This document shows, in pieces, positions 63,404-64,000 of a DNA stretch of 64,000 bases. The DNA comes from Maridesulfovibrio sp. GTDB lineage: Bacteria > Desulfobacterota > Desulfovibrionia > Desulfovibrionales > Desulfovibrionaceae. The notes under the pieces are model-generated. The model did not search any database. It was not told where the DNA came from and was given only the letters and a program-made list of their open reading frames with translations. Each line of letters begins with the position of its first letter. Within the stretch, counting starts at the first letter, position 1. A program made the position numbers and the translations under genes. The stretch lies in the NCBI GenBank assembly GCA_963676495.2, contig CAXXRF010000002.1:172626-236625 (forward strand), given 5' to 3'.

Positions 63404-64000
63404 ATGTCTCTGAGAAATATTACAGTTGCTGTTTCGGCTGAATTTTTTAATGCTTTTGCGCAGATTCCTAAAAGGCAACAGACGAAGGTCCTTAATTTTG
63501 TAAATAAGTTTCGTACCGATCCTACTTCATTAGGAATAAATTATGAGTCAATTAAAGCTGCTAAGGATAAGAATTTAAAGTCAGTCAGGATTGATAAAAG
63601 TTATCGTGGGATAGTTATGAAGCCTGACAACGGAAATGTATATCTTTTGCTATGGGTTGACCTTCATGATGATGCATATGACTGGGCTCGGAGACGAATA
63701 TGTAACATAAATCCAGAGACAGGATGTATTCAGGTTTACCAGGTCACCGAATCTATTCAGAATGAGGCCGGGCAGCAAGATGAAGCTGGCTTATTTGGCA
63801 GTGTTCAAGATCGACATCTTGTTCGGCTTGGAGTCCCAAAAGACCAGTTAAGATTAGTACGATCAATAGCAAGTGTTGCTCAGTTGGAAGCATGTAAGGA
63901 TCTTTTACCTTTGGATTGCTATGAGGCTCTTGTCTTTTTGGCTGAAGGGGATTCTCTTGATGACGTATTAATGTTGATAGATTCATATAAGGAAGAACTA
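63404..64000 (+). CDS. 5' part of a probable UvrD/SF1 helicase with an N-terminal RelE-like domain (truncated by the window)
   Basis: Open frame MSLRNITVAVSAEFFNAFAQIP...GINYESI...SVRIDKSYRGIV...LLWVDLHDDAYDWA runs to the window end; helicase motifs are not visible in the window. Confidence 0.7.
   Translation, partial: MSLRNITVAVSAEFFNAFAQIPKRQQTKVLNFVNKFRTDPTSLGINYESIKAAKDKNLKSVRIDKSYRGIVMKPDNGNVYLLLWVDLHDDAYDWARRRICNINPETGCIQVYQVTESIQNEAGQQDEAGLFGSVQDRHLVRLGVPKDQLRLVRSIASVAQLEACKDLLPLDCYEALVFLAEGDSLDDVLMLIDSYKEEL

Larger units (their letters stand above)
41125..64000. mobile_element. tRNA-Arg-anchored genomic (defence) island; right end outside the window
   Basis: Begins at the tRNA 3' end, is visibly AT-richer and carries only defence-type genes; no integrase seen in the window. 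Confidence 0.7.

Noticed and set aside
41125-64000. CRISPR array or integrase in the island
   Set aside because: No regularly spaced repeats or tyrosine/serine recombinase motifs seen in the window

Overview
Chromosomal window from a sulfate-reducing Desulfovibrionaceae bacterium (Maridesulfovibrio/Desulfovibrio-like; inferred from gene content and repeat style). Bases 1-41.1 kb are mostly core or metabolic. They hold a degenerate GGDEF-TPR protein, a Wsp/ACF-type chemosensory cluster with no MCP, an RRM protein, pgm, a MarR/O-methyltransferase pair, a ferredoxin-YkgJ-TPR cluster, the thrS-infC-rpmI-rplT-pheS-pheT operon, a PhzF protein, a TetR-shc-thioesterase operon and tRNA-Arg(CCT). Directly after the tRNA an AT-richer defence island begins and runs off the window end. 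It contains (i) a three-gene unknown/PLD/SF2-helicase system with several frameshifts, (ii) a decayed dnaB fragment, and (iii) a DISARM-related (ARMADA-like) operon: SNF2 helicase, large adenine MTase, 2099-aa DEAD/DUF1998 helicase and a truncated UvrD-like gene. Nested in that operon is the most intriguing element: a DUF3800 gene and a small putative RNase gene, followed by a convergent ~70-nt RNA with its own promoter, pseudoknot-like fold and terminator. This looks like an RNA-antitoxin (type III TA-like) module. All family calls come from motif recognition only; no database searches were run.
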